From Macrostomum lignano (taxonomy: Eukaryota): DNA of 64,000 nucleotides. Shown piece by piece: positions 17,922-29,874 of the stretch. A model generated the notes under the pieces. That model had not been told where the DNA came from. It ran no database searches and was given only the letters and a program-made list of their open reading frames with translations. Positions within the stretch are counted from its first letter, which is position 1, and every line of letters starts with the position of its first letter. The translations under genes were made by a program, and so were the position numbers. Location: contig NIVC01001475.1 of the NCBI GenBank assembly GCA_002269645.1, positions 124,001 through 188,000 on the forward strand, in the 5' to 3' direction.

Positions 17922-19050
17922 TATCCATCTACCCACCAGCCCACCCATCTACCCACCAGCCCACCCATCTACCCACCAGCCCACCCATCTACCCACCAGC
18001 CCACCCATCTACCTACCAGCCCACCCATCTACTCACCTACCCACCCATCTACTCACCCACCCACCCATCTACCCACCAGCCCACCCATCTACCCACCAGC
18101 CCACCCATCTACCCACCAGCCCACCCATCTACTCACCCACCCACCCATCTACTCACCTACCCACCCATCTACTCACCTACCCACCCATCTACCCACCAGC
18201 CCACCCATCTACCCACCAGCCCACCCATCTACTCACCCACCCACCCATCTACCCACCAGCCCACCCATCTACCCACCAGCCCACCCATCTACCCACCAGC
18301 CCACCCATCTACTCACCCACCCACCCATCTACCCACCAGCCCACCCATCTACCCACCAGCCCACCCATCTACCCACCAGCCCACCCATCTACTCACCCAC
18401 CCACCCATCCATCTACCCACCCACCCATCCATCTACCCACCCACCCACCCATCTACTCACCAACCCACCCAGCTACTCACCCACCCACCCATCTACTCAC
18501 CCACCCACCCATCTACCCACCAGCCCACCCATCTACCCACCAGCCCACCCATCTACCCACCAGCCCACCCATCTACCCACCAGCCCACCCATCTACTCAC
18601 CCACCCACCCATCCATCTACCCACCCACCCATCCATCTACCCACCCACCCACCCACCCATCTACTCACCCACCCACCCATCTACTCACCCACCCATCCAT
18701 CTACTCACCCACCCACCCATCTACTCACCCACCTATCTACTGACCCACCCACCCATCCATCTACCCGCCTACCCATCTGTCTACCAATCTACCCAGCCAT
18801 CTGTCTACCATCCACCCAGCCATCTGTCTACCCACCTACCCACCCATCTGTCTACCATCTACCCACCCATCTGTCTACCATCTACCCACCCATCTGTCTA
18901 CCATCTACCCAGCCATCTGTCTACCATCTACCCAGTCATCTGTCTACTATCTACCCAGTCATCTGTCTACCATCTACCCAGTCATCTGTCTACCATCTAC
19001 CCAGCCATCTGTCTACCATCTACCCAGTCATCTGTCTACCATCTACCCAG
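17922..19050. repeat. C/A-rich minisatellite: 20-nt ACCCACCAGCCCACCCATCT grading into a longer GTCTACCATCTACCCAGCCATCT-type unit
   Basis: Tandem units; the unit changes near 18750. Confidence 0.95.
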
Positions 19051-19969
19051 CCATGAAGAGGCATGGAAATGAGCTGAATCCGACAAATATCCAACAAAGC
19101 AGTTTTAGATGTCAAGCATAAACTCAGAGCTCAGAGCCGGCATTGCACTCAAAGCTCACGTGCAGAACAACAGCAAATTATGTGTTAGTAAATATATTTT
19201 AACTGAATTTCTTTTACAGAGTTGAGAAGCTGTGAATATAATTGAGTCATATTACAATACGGATTGAAGCATATCAGTAATAAACACAGATAAAGCTTAC
19301 TTATCATTAAAACAGAAGTTGCTCAAATCCTAGGCCATTTAGAAGCGTTATATGAAGGACAAAAACTTGTAAATTAGTTGGATCTCGCTAAGAAAATGCA
19401 GACAAACCAAATAAAATCAGATTGACTTCAGAGAACGCAGAGGGCATGCGAGAGCGAGAAGCTAGTCATGTTATACAAGAAATCTCAAGTGTCACACACT
19501 CGCATAATACTACTAAAAGCATTATTACAGGTGCAATAAGTAGTTAATAATAATAATATTATTTATTTTATTTATCATTACGACAGGCGAGCAAATTAAA
19601 AGCCAGTAAAAACACCAAATACTTTAAGCAGTTAATAAACTTGTGTAATAATTAAATTAAATAAACAACAGTAAACCCATGCATATAACTTATTAATTGA
19701 AACAATAGCAAAGTGCCGACTTCGTGAAAGCATTGAGAACAATTTAGTGTGAACAACCTTTTTCCTGCCTAGAATCAAATAGACGCAGAGAATGAAAATA
19801 CAAATTAATTAATTATTATTGCAATATAGCAATTGTCGTTTCTTTATTTTGCTTAATAAAGTGCTCAGAGCATCCAGATAAAATAAATATGAATTGAAAT
19901 TAAAATACAAACACAATGTCACATTAATAAGCATAAGTAGTATCCAATCGAGTTGAAAACATATACAGG

Positions 19970-21495
19970 GACGACTTTTACAGATCAATGGGCGATTATT
20001 AGAGATCTAGGGGGCGATTATTACAGATATCTAGGGCGATTCTTACAGATCTAGGGGGCGATTCTTACAGATCTAGGGGGCGATTCTTACAGATCTAGGG
20101 GGGCGATTCTTACAGATCTAGGGGGCGATTATTACAGATCTAGGGGGCGATTATTACAGATCTAGGGGGCGATTCTTACAGATCTAGGGGGCGATTCTTA
20201 CAGATCTAGGGGGCGATTATTACAGATCCAGGGGGCGATTCTTACAGATCCAGGGGGCGATTATTACAGATCTAGGGGGCGATTCTTACAGATCCAGGGG
20301 GCGATTCTTACAGATCCAGGAAGCGATTCTTACAGATCTAGGGGGCGATTCTTACAGATCCAGGGGGCGATTCTTACAGATCTAGCGGGCGATTCTTACA
20401 GATCTAGGGGGCGATTATTACAGATCTAGGGGGCGATTCTTACAGATCCAGGGGGCGATTCTTACAGATCTAGGGGGCGATTCTTACAGATCTAGGGGGC
20501 GATTCTTACAGATCTAGGGGGCGATTCTTACAGATCTAGGGGGCGATTCTTACAGATCCAGCGGGCAATTATTACAGATCTAGGGGGCGATTATTACAGA
20601 TCTAGGGGGCGATTCTTACAGATCCAGGGGGCGATTATTACAGATCTAGGGGGCGATTCTTACAGATCTAGGGGGCGATTCTTACAGATCTAGGGGGCGA
20701 TTCTTACAGATCCAGCGGGCAATTATTACAGATCTAGGGGCGATTATTACAGATCTAGGGGGCGATTATTACAGATCTAGGGGGCGATTCTTACAGATCT
20801 AGGGGGCGATTCTTACAGATCTAGGGGGCGATTCTTACAGATCCAGGGGGCGATTCTTACAGATCTAGGGGGCGATTCTTACAGATCTAGGGGGCGATTC
20901 TTACAGATCCAGGGGGCGATTCTTACAGATCCAGGAAGCGATTCTTACAGATCTAGGGGGCGATTCTTACAGATCTAGGGGGCGATTCTTACAGATCCAG
21001 GGGGCGATTCTTACAGATCCAGGGGGCGATTCTTACAGATCTAGGGGGCGATTCTTACAGATCCAGGGGGCGATTCTTACAGATCTAGGGGGCGATTCTT
21101 ACAGATCTAGGGGGCGATTCTTACAGATCTAGGGGCGATTCTTACAGATCTAGGGGGCGATTCTTACAGATCTAGGGGGCGATTCTTACAGATCTAGGGG
21201 GCGATTCTTACAGATCTAGGGGGCGATTCTTACAGATCCAGGGGGCGATTCTTACAGATCTAGGGGGCGATTCTTACAGATCTAGGGGGCGATTATTACA
21301 GATCCAGGGGGCGATTCTTACAGATCCAGGGGGCGATTCTTACAGATCCAGGGGGCGATTATTACAGATCTAGGGGGCGATTCTTACAGATCCAGGGGGC
21401 GATTATTACAGATCCAGGGGGCGATTCTTACAGATCCAGGGGGCGATTCTTACAGATCCAGGGGGCGACTTTTATAGATCAAAGGGCGATTCTGA
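19970..21495. repeat. 22-nt minisatellite GGGGGCGATTCTTACAGATCTA, about 68 copies
   Basis: Tandem units; the reverse complement resembles the unit at 1085-1456. Confidence 0.97.
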
Positions 21496-21707
21496 ATAGA
21501 AGACGCTAACAAGCAATTATCAAATATTTGTTAAAACAGATTCTCACAGTTCAGGGGAGAATTATTCGACAAGATTTTAATAAGATTTGTAGTAGGCAAT
21601 TATCATCGTTTAAAAGCGAGTTCAGAGAGCCAAGTTAAAAAGCTAGCAGTTTCGGGAGCAAATGTACTTGTAAATAAATATTTCATGCAGACTTCACCCC
21701 GAAAAGT

Positions 21708-24700
21708 TCATCGCTTGCGTTTCTTTAGGCTGAATTTGCTGAACAATCTGCTGCCGGGGCGCTCTTGCTGCGTCTGTTGCTGCTGTTGCTGCTTCTGCTG
21801 ACTCTGACGGACCATCTGGCCGAAGACATCGTCATCTGGCACAGTCGGAGCAATGGGATTCGACGAGGCCGCTTGCGGCAACGCCGTTCGCTGCTCGTCC
21901 AGCCTGGTTGCCTGGCAACGCATCAGCATGTCGAAGAAGGCGTCGTCGGGCAGGACGTTTTCTTTGTCGGCGTTTCTACTAGAAGACGAAGCCGCGGCGG
22001 CTGCTGCGGCGGCTGCTGCTGCTGCGGCGGCGGCTGCCGCTGAAGTAACATCCGGTTGCGACGGGCGAAGCCCGGGAAATGTTGGCAGACTGGCGCGCTG
22101 GTCGTTCATGCGGGAGCCTTGAACTCCTGGCGATTGGTTAGGAGTTGGGGACGGGGTCAACTGAGGTCACGGTGAAGGGAGCCGATTATGCAGGTTGGGT
22201 ATAGAGGCTTTAGAGACGAAGCTCTATATCAGATCTAGAGTCTTTAGAGGCGAAGCTCTATATCAGATCTAGAGGCTTTAGAGGCGAAGCTCTAGACCAT
22301 ATCTAGAGGCTTTAAATACGGTTTTATAGATCAGATCTAGAGGCTTTAAATATAGTTTCCCAGATCAGATCTAGAGGCTTTAGATATAGTTTCCCAGATC
22401 AGATCTAGAGGCTTTAGATATAGTTTCCCAGATCAGATCTAGAGGCTTTAGATATAGTTTCCCAGATCAGATCTAGAGGCTTTAGATACGGTTTTCTAGA
22501 CCAGATCCAGAGGCTTCAAAGCGATGATATCCTACAGCATATCTAGAGGCTTTTTTTAAAGACTAATCCATAGCACTAATGAATCAAAAAGCCACCAAGC
22601 CACAATTAGTTACCCACCGGCCAGCATATCCAAAAAGGCTTCCTCCATCTGCTGCTGCTGCTGTTGCTGCTGTTGTTGGCGACGTTGAATCGCCGAAGCT
22701 GCGGCGGCGGCTGCCGCAGCGCGCGGAGCAGCGGCCAATACGGGAGCCGAGCACCGCTGTTCGTCCATACGCCGACCCTGACAGCGGGAGATCAGGTCCA
22801 GGAAAAGGTCCTGGTTGTCGTGCGCCGCCTCCCCGGCAGCACCGGCGCCGTCGTCCAAGCCGCTGTTGTCCGAGCCGACTCGCATCAGCAGGCGTCGCCC
22901 ATCGTCGTTGCTGTCGCCGTCTACGTCGCGCCGATCGAACATCAAACCGTCGTCATCATCGTCGTCTTTGCCGACAGGTCGGGCGACGGCGGCGGCGGTT
23001 GTTGAGGAAGCTGCACTTCGAGCCGCCGCACTGTCGACTTCGTGGTCGTCAGGCGACAAGCCGAGCAGCTGTCGAAGGTCGGCGAGGTTGAGCCGGGCAG
23101 CCGAAGCTCCAATATCGTCGCCGAGCTGCTCAGACAGAGCCAGGTGCCGAGCCGCATAGTCTAGAGCTTTAGCATTTTCGCCTACGGCGGCGTGTGCGTT
23201 GCCTAGCGACCAGCAGGCGCGAGCCTCGCCAACTCGATCACCCAGCTGTTCGGCTATGCGCATGTGTCTGGCGTGATAGTCTATGGCCTGGAGTGGTTAT
23301 TTGGTTGGTGGCACCAATTAGCGGGATGGATCTATAGTCTATGGCCTAGAGTGGTTGGTTGGTGGCACCAATTGCAGGATGGATCTATAGTCTATGGCCC
23401 AGAGTGGTTGGTGGCACCAATTAGCGGGATGGATCTATAGTCTATGGCCTAGAGTGGTTGGTTGGTGGCACCAATTGCAGGATGGATCTATAGTCTATGG
23501 CCCAGAGTGGTTGGTGGCACCAATTAGCGGGATGGATCTATAGTCTATGGCCTAGAGTGGTTGTTTGGTGGCACCAATTAGCGGGATGGATCTATAGTCT
23601 ATGGCCTAGAGTGGTTGGTTGGTGGCACCAATTAGCGGGATGGATCTATAGTCTATGGCCTAGAGTGGTTGTTTGGTGGCACCAATTAGCGGGATGGATC
23701 TATAGTCTATGGCCTAGAGTGGTTGTTTGGTGGCACCAATTAGCGGGATGGATCTATAGTCTATGGCCTAGAGTGGTTGTTTGGTGGCACCAATTAGCGG
23801 GATGGATCTATAGTCTATGGCCTAGAGTGGTTGGTTGGTGGCACCAATTAGCTGGATGATCTAGTCTATGGCCTGGAGTGGTTGGTGGCACCAATTAGCG
23901 GGATGGATCTATAGTCTATGGCCTTGAGTGGTTGCATTGGTGGCACCAATTAGTAGGATGGGTCTATAGTCTATGGCCTGGAGTGGTTGGTGGCACCAAT
24001 TAGCTGGATGATCTAGTCTATGGCCTGGAGTGGTTGGTGGCACCAATTAGCGGGATGGATCTATAGTCTATGGCCTTGAGTGGTTGCATTGGTGGCACCA
24101 ATTAGCAGGATGGGTCTTATAGTCTATGGCCTAGAATTTCAAAATATAGTACAATCTGTCGCTCACGCTCACCTGTCTATAGTCTCTCATAAGAGTGCAA
24201 GTGTTGCCCAGAGAATAGCAAGCCTGAGCCTCCAAAGCCGGTTCGCCCAGCTGTTTAGCCAGAGCCAAGCAACGCCTATAGTGATCCGCAGCCGTGTCCA
24301 ATTCGCCCAAGAGTATATGAGCATTGCCCAGATTGCTATGAGCCCGACGCTCAGCACCCCTGTCGCCGAATTCCTTAGCAATAGCCAGACGCTCGGTGTG
24401 ATAACGGATAGCCTCGTGAAAGTTGCCTAATAAGTAGTGCGTGTTGCCAAGATTGCCGCAGGCGCGACCAACGCCGGCTCGATCGCCTAGCTCGCGTACT
24501 ATAGCCAAATTCTGTGCGTAGTAGTCGGCTGCCCGACGGAGGGCCTGTCGAACAGGACTGGCCAGAGAGGCGTCTCCGACGTCAGCAACTGCCACGGCTG
24601 AGGCGCCAGCGGCGACGTCGTCGGCTGCTGATGCTGCTGCTTGATCGGCGGCGCTGGACGCCGACGATGACGACGATCGACCGGCGTGTTTGCCGTGCGC

Positions 24701-27700
24701 GTGGTGCACGTTGCCGAGATTGTAGAGGGCGCGCGCTTCGCCCATCTGAAGGAGAGAAGGTTTGAGCGGCGTTCGTTGCGGCGTGGGGCTGGTGGTTGAA
24801 TGTACATCGAAGGCGGGAGGTAGGTGGCTAAATGTACATTGGGAGGGGGTTTGGTGGCTAAATTTACATTAAGAGCCGGTTTGGTGGCTGAACGTACATT
24901 GAGAGCAGGTTTGGTGGCTGAACGTACCGTACATTGAGTGCAGGGGGTTGGTGGCTAAATTTACATTGAAGGGGGAAGGGGGTTGGTGGCTAAATGTACA
25001 TTGAGAGCAGGGGTTGGTAGCTGATTGTACATTGAGAAGGGTTTGTTGACTGAATGTACATTGAGAAGGGTTTGCTGACTAAATGTACATTGAGAGGGGG
25101 TTGGTGGCAGAATGTACATTGAGAGGGGGTTGGTGGCTGATTGTACATTGAGAGGGGGTTGGTGGCTGAATGTACATTGAGAGGGGGTTGGTGGCTGAAT
25201 GTACATTGAGAGGGGGTTGGTGGCTGATTGTACATTGAGGGGGAGGGGGTTGGTGACTAAATGTACATTAAGAGCGGGGGTTGGTGGCTGAATTTACATT
25301 GAGAGCGGGGGTTAGTGGCTGAATTTACATTGAGAGCGGTGGTTGGTGGCTGATTGTACATTGAGTGCAGGGGTTGGTGGATAATTTACATTGAGGGGGA
25401 GGGGGTTGGTGACTAAATGTACATTAAGAGCGGGGGTTGGAGGCTGAATGTACATTGAGGGGGTTGGTGGCTGAATGTACATTGAGGGGGAGGGGGGTTG
25501 GTGGCTAAATGTACATTAAGAGCGGGGGTTGGTGGCTGAATGTACACTGATGGCGTGAGGTTGGTTACGACTGCAAATGAATACTTTGGCGCCAGAGCAA
25601 AATTAAATAAAAATACGGAGTTGATACTTGATAGAATGCACTAGCACTAATCAGTAGCAATATGAGTTATATACGATCAAAACATACATTATTTCAATTA
25701 TTCCAACAAGTTATGGAAATATCATAGCTGTACGCTCGTACATATCGCTTTATTACGACTCGTAACGAGATGTATCGTTTCATTAGAACTACGAAGATTT
25801 CGAAAAAAACGCCACACCATAAAATCCCACTCACTCATTCGATTTTCAGTTTTTTATTCGCCCAAAAGTCTCAACTAAAGTACTGCAGCACTAACAAAGT
25901 TTTATTGTGCGACATAATCTGATTGTCCCAGAATCTGGTCCGTTGTGAAAATGCGCGATATGAATCTATTAACTAGGGCAAATTATTCCAGATTCTACCT
26001 ACAATTCACCCCAGATTCTACTTACCCTTCACCCCAGATTCTACCTACAATTCACCCCAGATTCTACTTACCCTTCACCCCAGATTCTACCTACAATTTA
26101 CCACAGATTCTACCTACAATTTACCCCAGATTCTACCTACAATTTACCTCGGATTCTACCAACCATTTACCCCAGACAGTTAGATAACGAAGTTTCTCAC
26201 CCGGTCGCCCAGTTCTCTAGTCAGCTCCAGATGCCGCATGCAGCACATGGCCGCTTCCTCAAATTTGCCCAGCACTTTAAGCGTGTTGCCAAGGTTACCA
26301 GACGCTTTTGCTTCGCCGGCTTTGTCGTCCATTGTTCTGTATGTTGAGTTTGATGGAGATTGTCAGGTAGAGTTTGAGGGAGATTCTCAGGTAGAGTTAG
26401 AGGGAGATTCTCAGGTGGAGTTAGAGGGAGATTCTCAGGTAGAGTTAAAGGGAGATTTTCAGGTAGAGTTTGAGGGAGATTCTCAGGTAGAGTTTGAGGG
26501 AGATTCTCAGGTAGAGTTTGAGGGAGATTCTCAGGTAGAGTTTGAGGGAGATTGTCAGGTAGAGTTTGAGGGAGATTGTCAGGTAGAGTTTGAGGGAGAT
26601 TTTCAGGTAGAGTTAGAGGGAGATTCTCAGGTAGAGTTAAAGGGAGATTTTCAGGTAGAGTTTGAGGGAGATTCTCAGGTAGAGTTTGAGGGAGATTCTC
26701 AGGTAGAGTTTGAGGGAGATTCTCAGGTAGAGTTTGAGGGAGATTGTCAGGTAGAGTTTGAGGGAGATTGTCAGGTAGAGTTTGAGGGAGATTTTCAGGT
26801 AGAGTTTGAGGGAGATTCTCAGGTAGAGTTAGAGGGAGATTCTCAGGTAGAGTTTGAGGGAGATCCTTGGGTAGAGTTTGGGGGAGAGTCTCAGGTAGAG
26901 TTGGAGGGAGATCATGGTAAAGGCTACTAAGACTCGGGTTTATCTAGTAACTGAGATCCGTACCTGGCCAGACTCAAATCCAGTGTATGATAATCCAAAG
27001 CCTTGGCATAATCCTGCAGGTAGAAATGTGCATTGCCCAGCTGGCTGTACACGGCCGATAAGATTTTCAAATCGTCCGTGCCAACTTGCACCGCGGCCTC
27101 GAGAAACTGCACCCCGAGGCGACATTCACCACCTTTGCAAAGGCGCTCGCCTTCCAGGGCCAGTTCCAGACAGGTGGACTCGTCACCGGGCGCTAAGCCG
27201 GAGTTATTAGCTGCGGTCGAGGCTGACGGAGCCAGGTAATGATGCGATCGACCGCTAATTGGCATTGCTGCTTTCTCTGCTGCTTCTTGCTGTTGTCGCT
27301 GATTAAAAACAGCGTTTGCTGCTGCAAAACACATTTTTATATACAATCATACATTTTTTTAATTTTATTCAACTCGTGATGATTGTGAAAATATGAGTTC
27401 CCTTAAGTGACTGGGTGACTGTTTTCGCCTTTACTGAAGGTCAAACCTGAAGGGTCACGAAGCCTTTACTGAAGGTCAAACCTGAGGGTCACGAAGCCTT
27501 TACTGAAGGTCAAACCTGAAGGGTCACGAAGCCTTTACTGAAGGTCAAACCTGAGGGTCACGTGGCCTTTAATGAAGGTCAAACCTGAAGGGTCACGGGG
27601 CCTTTAATGAAGGTCAAACCTGAAGGGCCACGGGCCTTTAATTAAGGTCAAACCTGAAGGGTAGTGGGGCCTTTACTGAAGGTCAAACCTGAAGGGTAGC

Positions 27701-28468
27701 AGCGCCTTTACTGAAGGTCAAACCTGAAGGGTCACGGGCCTTTAATAAAGGTCAAACCTGAAGGGTAGTGGGGCCTTTACTGAAGGTCAAACCTGAAGGG
27801 TAGTGGTGCCTTTACTGAAGGTCAAACCTGAAGGGTAGCAGCGCCTTTACTGAAGGTCAAACCTGAAGGGTCACGAAGCCTTTACTGAAGGTCAAACCTG
27901 AAGGGTCACGAAGCCTTTACTGAAGGTCAAACCTGAAGGGTCACGAAGCCTTTACTGAAGGTCAAACCTGAAGGGTCACGAAGCCTTTACTGAAGGTCAA
28001 ACCTGAAGGGTAGTGGTGCCTTTACTGAAGGTCAAACCTGAAGGGTAGCAGCGCCTTTACTGAAGGTCAAACCTGAAGGGTCACGAAGCCTTTACTGAAG
28101 GTCAAACCTGAAGGGTCACGAAGCCTTTACTGAAGGTCAAACCTGAAGGGTCACGAAGCCTTTACTGAAGGTCAAACCTGAAGGGTCACGAAGCCTTTAC
28201 TCAAGGTCAAACCTGAAGGGTCACGAAGCCTTCACTGAAGGTCAAATCACGGGGCCTTTAATGAAGGTCAAACCTGAAGGGTAGTGGGGCCTTTACTGAA
28301 GGTCAAACCAAATATAATTAAGAGTGACATTTAAGAAAAAAATAATTTACCACCACGGGAGCGCGACGTTAGCGTCAAACTACCAGACGTGATTGTGGCG
28401 GAACTATTCGTAGCAGTAGTATTATTAGTATTAGTAGTAGTAGTTGAATCGTAGTAAAACTCCGGCAT
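21708..28468 (-). CDS. GPSM2: G-protein signaling modulator (Pins/LGN/AGS3; TPR repeats plus GoLoco motifs), 6 exons: 28468-28351, 27321-26964, 26336-26201, 24745-24173, 23287-22618, 22126-21708; 757 aa
   Basis: CLELALEGERLCK, LSAVYSQLGNAHFYL, GEAKASGNLGNTLKVLG and GEARALYNLGNVHH TPRs. GoLoco motifs DLFLDLISRCQGRRMDEQR, EAFLDMLAGVQGSRMNDQR and DAFFDMLMRCQATRLDEQR. Phase-consistent GT-AG introns (2274 nt). GPSM1 versus GPSM2 cannot be resolved; probably a pro-ortholog. Confidence 0.9.
22200..22555. repeat. About 32-34-nt minisatellite (TAGATATAGTTTCCCAGATCAGATCTAGAGGCTT-type) in GPSM intron 5
   Basis: Tandem units. Confidence 0.9.
23276..24133. repeat. 50-54-nt minisatellite in GPSM intron 4, each unit containing the acceptor plus the first 12 exon nt
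   Basis: Sense unit GCCATAGACTATAGATCCATCCCGCTAATTGGTGCCACCAAACAACCACTCTAG, about 16 copies. Confidence 0.95.
24790..25548. repeat. About 30-nt G-rich minisatellite GGTGGCTGAATGTACATTGAGAGGGGGTT in GPSM intron 3
   Basis: Tandem units with a TGTACA palindrome. Confidence 0.9.
25985..26176. repeat. 23-nt minisatellite TTCACCCCAGATTCTACCTACAA in GPSM intron 3
   Basis: Tandem units. Confidence 0.9.
26345..26912. repeat. 24-nt minisatellite GAGGGAGATTCTCAGGTAGAGTTT, about 23 copies, in GPSM intron 2
   Basis: Tandem units; they produce the spurious VEFEGDSQ ORF. Confidence 0.95.
27427..28308. repeat. 35-nt minisatellite GCCTTTACTGAAGGTCAAACCTGAAGGGTCACGAA, about 25 copies, in GPSM intron 1
   Basis: Tandem units. 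Confidence 0.95.
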
Positions 28469-28635
28469 ATCTGCCACTTAAATAATCTAGACTATTAATA
28501 AAAACACTATTTTCAACTTCATAAAAGTTAATACTCATATAAGAGAGTGAAACCGAAGTTAGGTGAAACTTTATAAAGATTTCTTCGCCGAATGAAAGAC
28601 ACAGAACGGGATCTAAGCAGAGACGCGATAGGGCT

Positions 28636-28637
<2 letters not shown>

Positions 28638-28722
<85 letters not shown>
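28638..28722. repeat. (GA)n microsatellite of about 42 units, about 170 nt upstream of the GPSM start codon
   Basis: Read directly. Confidence 0.97.
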
Positions 28723-28725
<3 letters not shown>

Positions 28726-29509
28726 GGAGGGGAAGAACGGGCGGCGAAAACGGTGCGAAAAGCCGTACTAAAAAGTCAGCCTTTAAGAATGCGAGAGAGA
28801 GAAGTTAGTATTATAGTAATACAGACAGAAAACGGCGGACTGAGGGAAGTGAAAAATTCTAAAAGTATAATAATATTTTTACCTATATATATACACACAC
28901 ACCGGCGGGAATAGACAGGGAGAGGAAGGACACAGAAGGGACAGAAGACACAAACGCAGCGGGGGGGGGGATGAAGCAGTGGAAAGTGGGGGAAAGGCGT
29001 AGCCTTTGCGCTTGCGCGAATATCTTTATGGCAGAGTGTGCGGCAGATAGATAGATCCATATGCATAATCCTCGAGAGGTCGTAATCAGCCTTCTTAACC
29101 ATTGGGACGAATATCTGTCGAGAGAATGTGCAATAAAGATAAGGCGGGATTGATGCTAATACAAAACTGTACAATTCAAATTTGTTCGTCTTGGGAAGAT
29201 CGTAAATCTTGTAATAAAGATTTTCATTCTTATTTTTATGCTTCAGGATTATCGGGAGCTGTTCAACAAAAGGGGGAAAGGAAAAGAGAAGGTCAAGAGA
29301 TAGGAAGTTATCTGTAGTAAGTCTGACGGTCAACATTACAAAAATAATGTTCTTGGAAGGGCTTCATGTTTTCGATATAATTTACTACCAGCTACTACTC
29401 GTGTTGCATTATACTAATTCTAGTAGCATCTTATAAATTTATATCGCTGCTGAAGCTACTGGATACTGTAAAGTGAAAAGATGAAACTCTGTTTGTTTCC
29501 ATTACTATA

Positions 29510-29640
29510 CCTACTGCAACTACAATACTACAATACTACAATACTACAATACTACTACTACTACTAATACTACTTTCACTACTACTTCCACAGATACTAC
29601 TACTGCTAGCACTACTACTTCTTCCTCTACTTTCTACTAT
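29510..29640. repeat. (CTACAATA)n/(CTA)n microsatellite
   Basis: Read directly. Confidence 0.85.
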
Positions 29641-29874
29641 TACAAGCTGTTGAAACCCGCGGATTTTGAACCCGGGGAATTCCAACCCCCGGAACCATTT
29701 TTGCATGTATTTTAAAATCTAAAGTCATACTCAAACAAAAACTTGTTAATAGTTAGGGTAAAGGTAAACATAAAATGTAGCACATTCGTGTAAAATTAGA
29801 ATTTGAGGCAAACATTGATCTTGTTGGCTGGGGTACTGCGCAGAATGTCAGGCAATGTCTGTCTGACTCTAAAA

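Noticed and set aside
22154-22162. CAG at 22162-22161 as the GPSM last-exon acceptor
   Set aside because: Wrong phase; the acceptor at 22128-22127 restores GoLoco 2 and has a CTAAC branch point
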